20,788 nt of DNA from Pseudobdellovibrionaceae bacterium (GTDB taxonomy: Bacteria > Bdellovibrionota > Bdellovibrionia > Bdellovibrionales > Bdellovibrionaceae): contig JBGGMM010000124.1 of the NCBI GenBank assembly GCA_041288045.1, forward strand, positions 1-20,788, read 5' to 3'. Under the pieces are notes generated by a model. That model did no database searches. It was not told where the DNA came from and saw nothing but the letters and a program-made list of their open reading frames with translations. The translations under genes were made by a program, and so were the position numbers. Numbering within the stretch: position 1 is the stretch's first letter; the number at the start of each line of letters is the position of its first letter. This document shows positions 16,868-20,788 of this stretch, in pieces.

Positions 16868-17175
16868 AAAAATTAACTTTGGATTCAGTTCCTCCAGAAC
16901 TTTTACACCTGATCCCGGGCTTTCTCGAAAGACGAGAGAAAGATGTGGCCGATCTTCGATTCTTTCTCGCGCTTGGAGACTATGTCGCGATCAAAGATAT
17001 TGGCCATCGCTTGAAAGGTACCGGGACGGGCTATGGTTTTTCAATGATCAGTGAGCTTGGAAAGGATTTAGAGGCAGCTGCCGCTTTGGAAGACTTTCTG
17101 CAGGTGTCGACCTGCATCGAGCAACTGAAGGTCCTGACTGGCAGTTTAAAATATTGTCTGACTTCTGCAGCTTAA
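16864..17175 (+). CDS. Hpt (histidine phosphotransfer) protein
   Basis: GHRLKGTGTGYGF (HxxKG) motif in a small helical protein. ATGA overlap with the upstream gene. Confidence 0.92.
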   Translation: MKKLTLDSVPPELLHLIPGFLERREKDVADLRFFLALGDYVAIKDIGHRLKGTGTGYGFSMISELGKDLEAAAALEDFLQVSTCIEQLKVLTGSLKYCLTSAA

Positions 17176-17181
17176 GCACAG

Positions 17182-19197
17182 ATGGGACGTTTTATGAAGC
17201 GCTTGCCAAAAAAGATCAACAGAGGTTGGCAAAATCTTTCGGTTTCGCACAAACTGTATGCCGTGGTCGGCATTATGGCAATTTTGATTGCCACTGAACT
17301 GTTCACTCTTCTTTTTGCGATGGACACGCTCTCGGCCGTGCGGGCCTTTGTGGGCGGTGAAGGGATTTGGTCGAAAGCGCAAAAGGATGCGGTGTTGGAG
17401 ATTCAAAACTATGTGCGCACTGGGGATGTGCAGCACTACCGTTCAGCCCAAAAACACTTTCTCATTCCTTTGGGCGATCATTTGGCCCGGGTGGAAATGC
17501 AAAAACCAGATATGGATTTAGAAAAAGTAAAAGAAGGCTTTTTGGCGGGAAAAATCCATCCCCATGATATTGAACCCATGGTGAACCTGATGCGACGCTT
17601 TCACCAGATCAACTTTATTGATGAGGCCATTAGCATTTGGGGCAAGGGCGATCATCTCATTTATCAATTGATTGGTGTCACCGAAGAACTGCATCGGGAA
17701 ATGTCCCGTGAGAAACCAAGCTCACAACAAATCCAAATCTTGTTGCAACAGATTTTTGCTCTGAATGATCAACTGACCGAAATTGAAAATCAGTTCTCGT
17801 CGACCCTGGGCGCGGCCTCACGCTGGCTCGAAAATCTCTTGATGATGATTCTGGTCATCGCTGTGGCAACAGTCGAGACTACCGGCTTATTTCTGACCAT
17901 TGCCTTCAGTCGCAGTCTGACCCATGTCCTGAATGAGTTGCACAGGTTTGCAATTGGTGTCGGTGTCGGGGACTTTTCTAAAACGGTTCCGGTGCGCTCA
18001 ACGGATGAATTGGGAAAATTAGCCCAAGCTTTGAATAAAATGGCAGAAAGCCTGAAAGAAACCACCAGTGAAAGGCAGGTCGCTGATCGAGCGAATCAAA
18101 TCAAAAGTCTTTTTCTAGCAAATATGAGTCACGAAATTCGAACACCGCTCAATGCCATTTTGGGATTTGTAGATCTTCTGAAAGACTCTTCGTTAAAGGG
18201 CCCCCAGCGCCGAACCTATTTAGAAATTATTGAGCGCACTGGCTTTAGTCTTGCGACGATCATCAACGACATCTTAGATATTTCAAAAGTTGAAGCTGGA
18301 AAATTAGAAATCGAAAAGTCCATTTGCTCATTGCCCCAGATCTTGCGGGATTTAGAATCTCTGCTCAATCTGCGCTGTGAAGAAAAAGGCATTGATTTGA
18401 TCTTTGAGCAAAAGGATCTTCCCAAAGCCATCGTGACCGACCCCACGAGATTCAAGCAAATTTTACTGAACGTCATCGGCAACGCCATTAAATTTACCAG
18501 CAAGGGTGGGGTCCGAGTTCAATTTGAGGTTCGGGCTCAGCAATTGGTTTGCACTGTCAAAGACACGGGAATCGGAATCTCGCCCGAAAACATGGAAAAA
18601 TTATTTCGTCCCTTTTCGCAAGTGGACCTCTCGATCCGAAAGGAATTTGGCGGCACGGGGCTTGGTTTGACTCTGTCGAAACGCTTGGCCCAACTTCTCA
18701 ACGGCGACGTCATTCTCAGCGACAGTGTGATCGGCCAAGGCAGCACTTTTGTGGTCTCCATCGGACTGGATGATCTGCAAACAGCCCATCTGCCCATATC
18801 CAGACAAGAACGTTTTGATCCGGTTTCGGCTCCCTCCTTAAAGGGACGAAAGATTCTGGTGGTAGAGGATTCCTTGGACAATCAGCTATTGGTTCGTCAG
18901 GTCCTGACCAACGAAGGAATGTTGGTCGAGACAGTCAATCACGGCCAAGAGGCCATCGAGACAGTCGCGCAAAAAAAGTATGATCTCATTTTGATGGATA
19001 TGCAGATGCCGATTATGGACGGCTATACCGCCACGATCCAATTGCGTCAGATGGGATGCTGCACTCCGATCATTGCTTTAACAGCCCATGCAATGAAAGA
19101 AGACCTCGATAAATGCCTCAGCGTCGGCTGCAACGCCTACCTCAGCAAGCCCTTCCGCCGCGACGGCCTCATGGAAGTCATCAGCCAGCACTGTTAG
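17182..19197 (+). CDS. Hybrid sensor histidine kinase (TM-periplasmic sensor-TM-HAMP-HisKA-HATPase-REC)
   Basis: Two hydrophobic segments, HAMP (DELGKLAQALNKM), H box FLANMSHEIRTPLN, N box NVIGNAIKFT, DTGIG, GGTGLGL, receiver VVED...MDMQMP...SKP. Confidence 0.96.
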   Translation: MGRFMKRLPKKINRGWQNLSVSHKLYAVVGIMAILIATELFTLLFAMDTLSAVRAFVGGEGIWSKAQKDAVLEIQNYVRTGDVQHYRSAQKHFLIPLGDHLARVEMQKPDMDLEKVKEGFLAGKIHPHDIEPMVNLMRRFHQINFIDEAISIWGKGDHLIYQLIGVTEELHREMSREKPSSQQIQILLQQIFALNDQLTEIENQFSSTLGAASRWLENLLMMILVIAVATVETTGLFLTIAFSRSLTHVLNELHRFAIGVGVGDFSKTVPVRSTDELGKLAQALNKMAESLKETTSERQVADRANQIKSLFLANMSHEIRTPLNAILGFVDLLKDSSLKGPQRRTYLEIIERTGFSLATIINDILDISKVEAGKLEIEKSICSLPQILRDLESLLNLRCEEKGIDLIFEQKDLPKAIVTDPTRFKQILLNVIGNAIKFTSKGGVRVQFEVRAQQLVCTVKDTGIGISPENMEKLFRPFSQVDLSIRKEFGGTGLGLTLSKRLAQLLNGDVILSDSVIGQGSTFVVSIGLDDLQTAHLPISRQERFDPVSAPSLKGRKILVVEDSLDNQLLVRQVLTNEGMLVETVNHGQEAIETVAQKKYDLILMDMQMPIMDGYTATIQLRQMGCCTPIIALTAHAMKEDLDKCLSVGCNAYLSKPFRRDGLMEVISQHC

Positions 19198-19248
19198 GGT
19201 GCCTTTCTCTTTTTCCTTCACTCGGCGCGTAATTGCCCCGCCAAATTT

Positions 19249-19893
19249 TCAGTGTCTGGCGGCGATGGATGCCTCTCTCAGTTTGTGACGATTTTGAAAA
19301 TACCCACGTAAGATCCCACGTAAAGTGTCGCCGTGATTGCGAGCCCAATCTCTTTGCAGCTCACAGGCAAGTGCCAAGGACGTGAGGGGTTTCGCACCAG
19401 CTTGAATCATTCGTTGCACAGCGGTCTCGTGGGATTCCTTCGTGACGCCACCGATAGCATCAACGACAAAGTAAACATCGAAGCCGTCTTTGATGGCATC
19501 AAGAGCTGGAAATGCCACGCAGACTTCAGTCCATAGGCCAGCCATGATGATTTTCTTGCGCCCTGTTTTTTTGATGGCGCGGACAAAATCCTGATCTTCC
19601 CAAGAGTTCAAAGTTGTGCGATCGATCTCCTCGGCATTTCCCAAAGCGTTACGCAGCTCTGGTGAGGTCGCTTGATTGACTCCGAGCTGCACGCCCACGG
19701 TGCTTAAAACCACGGGAACTTGAAAGTCATGAGCGATTTTCCCCAACATCACGGCGTTTGATAGAAGCTCTTCACGGTCTTTTGATTGAACGCCGAGAAA
19801 TTGTTCCGGCTGATAATCAATGAAAGCAAAGACACAATTTTCAGGCGCCAGAAGATGATCTTGAAGGGGGTTGCGAATGGGTGTTTGTTGCAT
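19249..19893 (-). CDS. Isochorismatase-family cysteine hydrolase (YcaC-like)
   Basis: FIDYQP, DRTTLNSWED and GLWTEVC motifs. Start moved to ATG 19893, which has an AAAGGGGAG RBS. Confidence 0.92.
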   Translation of the reverse strand: MQQTPIRNPLQDHLLAPENCVFAFIDYQPEQFLGVQSKDREELLSNAVMLGKIAHDFQVPVVLSTVGVQLGVNQATSPELRNALGNAEEIDRTTLNSWEDQDFVRAIKKTGRKKIIMAGLWTEVCVAFPALDAIKDGFDVYFVVDAIGGVTKESHETAVQRMIQAGAKPLTSLALACELQRDWARNHGDTLRGILRGYFQNRHKLREASIAARH

Positions 19894-19999
19894 AAATTCT
19901 CCCTTTCGAGGAAGTGGTTTGAGGGCCACTATAGATCGGGAAGCTAGGCATGTTGAATATGTTTTCTGCCACGGCATTTGTGGCCCGAAACAATAAAGT

Positions 20000-20458
20000 T
20001 TAAACTCGCGTTTGTCGTTTGATCGACTGAATCACCTGATCCAGAGTTCCTAAAAATTTGGAGCGAGCTTTTTTATCCATCGGCGCAGGACCGCCTCGCA
20101 TTTCGCCCATATGTCGTAAATTCTGCAGCAGTTCTCGGGTTGCAACTGCGGAGCCAATATTGTCTTCCGTGAACTCCTCACCTTTGGGGCCAATCACACG
20201 AACGGCTTTTTTCACGCATCGATCGGCCAGTAAAATATCGGCTGTGATCACAATATCTCCGGCTTGCGTCTGTGTGGCGATCCAATCATCGGCTGCATCA
20301 AAATCGCCACTGACGACTTTCATTTCAATGAGTGGGCTGAGGGGGACCCTGAGTGGCTTGTTGGCGACAACGACGACTGGGAGCTGATAGCGCTCGGCCA
20401 CTTTGTAAACTTCATCTTTCACTGGGCAGCCATCGGCATCGATATAAATTTTGGACAT
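20000..20458 (-). CDS. YaiI/YqxD family (UPF0178) protein
   Basis: [27 protein letters not shown] and GGPAP motifs. Start at ATG 20458 (MSKIYID). Confidence 0.93.
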   Translation of the reverse strand: MSKIYIDADGCPVKDEVYKVAERYQLPVVVVANKPLRVPLSPLIEMKVVSGDFDAADDWIATQTQAGDIVITADILLADRCVKKAVRVIGPKGEEFTEDNIGSAVATRELLQNLRHMGEMRGGPAPMDKKARSKFLGTLDQVIQSIKRQTRV

Positions 20459-20618
20459 TGCTCTGAAGTCTATCAGATTCATGCCTTGGATGGTACGCCT
20501 AATCTTTCCACTTCGCTGACAAAGAAGATTTGACTCTCGAGTTCAAGTGCTAAATTCGTCGCATTTTCGGCGCCATCCAAAACACTCATTTACAAACCAA
20601 AAAATCATTCAGTGAACG

Positions 20619-20735
20619 GTATTCTGAATACAGCTGTATTCAGAATACTGGAGTCAGTTCTGTATTCGGAATTCCGTATTCAGTATACCGAATACATAAT
20701 TCCGAATACTGATCGGCTTACTGAATACAGAATTC
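20619..20735. repeat. Array of GWATWC hexamers with 7-bp spacing, forming nested palindromes
   Basis: Twelve exact GWATWC copies at 20619, 20626, 20636, 20643, 20662, 20669, 20676, 20683, 20690, 20704, 20723 and 20730, plus TAATTC at 20697. Perfect 30-bp palindrome at 20619-20648. Near-perfect 48-bp palindrome at 20662-20709. Confidence 0.9.
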
Positions 20736-20788
20736 CCAAAAAGGGAGGCCTAATTGCAAGGGGTCACCGCGACTGATTTGGGTGACAC

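Noticed and set aside
19894..19977. N-terminal extension of the isochorismatase ORF
   Set aside because: A strong RBS precedes ATG 19893 and family similarity starts after it.
1798..20533. Numerous antisense or alternate-frame ORFs inside called genes (e.g. 2509..2901, 8938..9408, 9288..9842, 14481..14933, 15003..15410, 16289..16810, 20058..20387)
   Set aside because: They overlap well-supported genes and have no motifs, so they are treated as shadow ORFs.
20619..20735. CRISPR array interpretation of the repeat region
   Set aside because: Units are 6-7 bp with no unique 25-45 bp spacers, and no cas genes are present.
20612..20776. Plus-strand 54-codon ORF through the repeat array
   Set aside because: No RBS, and the translation just reflects the DNA repeat.

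Overview
Bacterial chromosomal window of mixed accessory and housekeeping genes. The many secreted hypothetical proteins and the gene style suggest a Bdellovibrionota/Oligoflexia-like organism, but that is inference only. Left to right: two secreted hypothetical proteins, a DEAD-box helicase, a DHFR/RibD-C family protein, a secreted metzincin-like protease, a wHTH + nucleotidyltransferase pair (type IV TA-like), DUF1415, a secreted HExxH protein, a serine hydrolase of the beta-lactamase family, a beta-helix + CBM protein, a SWIM + J-like protein, a small basic protein, an ABC-F ATPase, a VOC protein, a frameshifted RelE/HigB-like toxin with an XRE antitoxin, a five-gene phosphorelay cluster, a YcaC-like hydrolase and a YaiI/YqxD protein. 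The main candidate for a new system is the phosphorelay (hybrid kinase, Hpt, two paralogous receiver proteins and a divergent OmpR-type regulator), in which one receiver is fused to a domain that aligns by eye with the ribosome hibernation factor HPF/RaiA. Other notable items are a dense 7-bp-periodic GWATWC array with nested palindromes at the right end, an ABC-F whose degenerate motifs all fall on one composite ATP site, and several apparently leaderless promoters. No rRNA, tRNA, CRISPR array or transposase was seen. All family calls come from reading motifs by eye, not from database searches.
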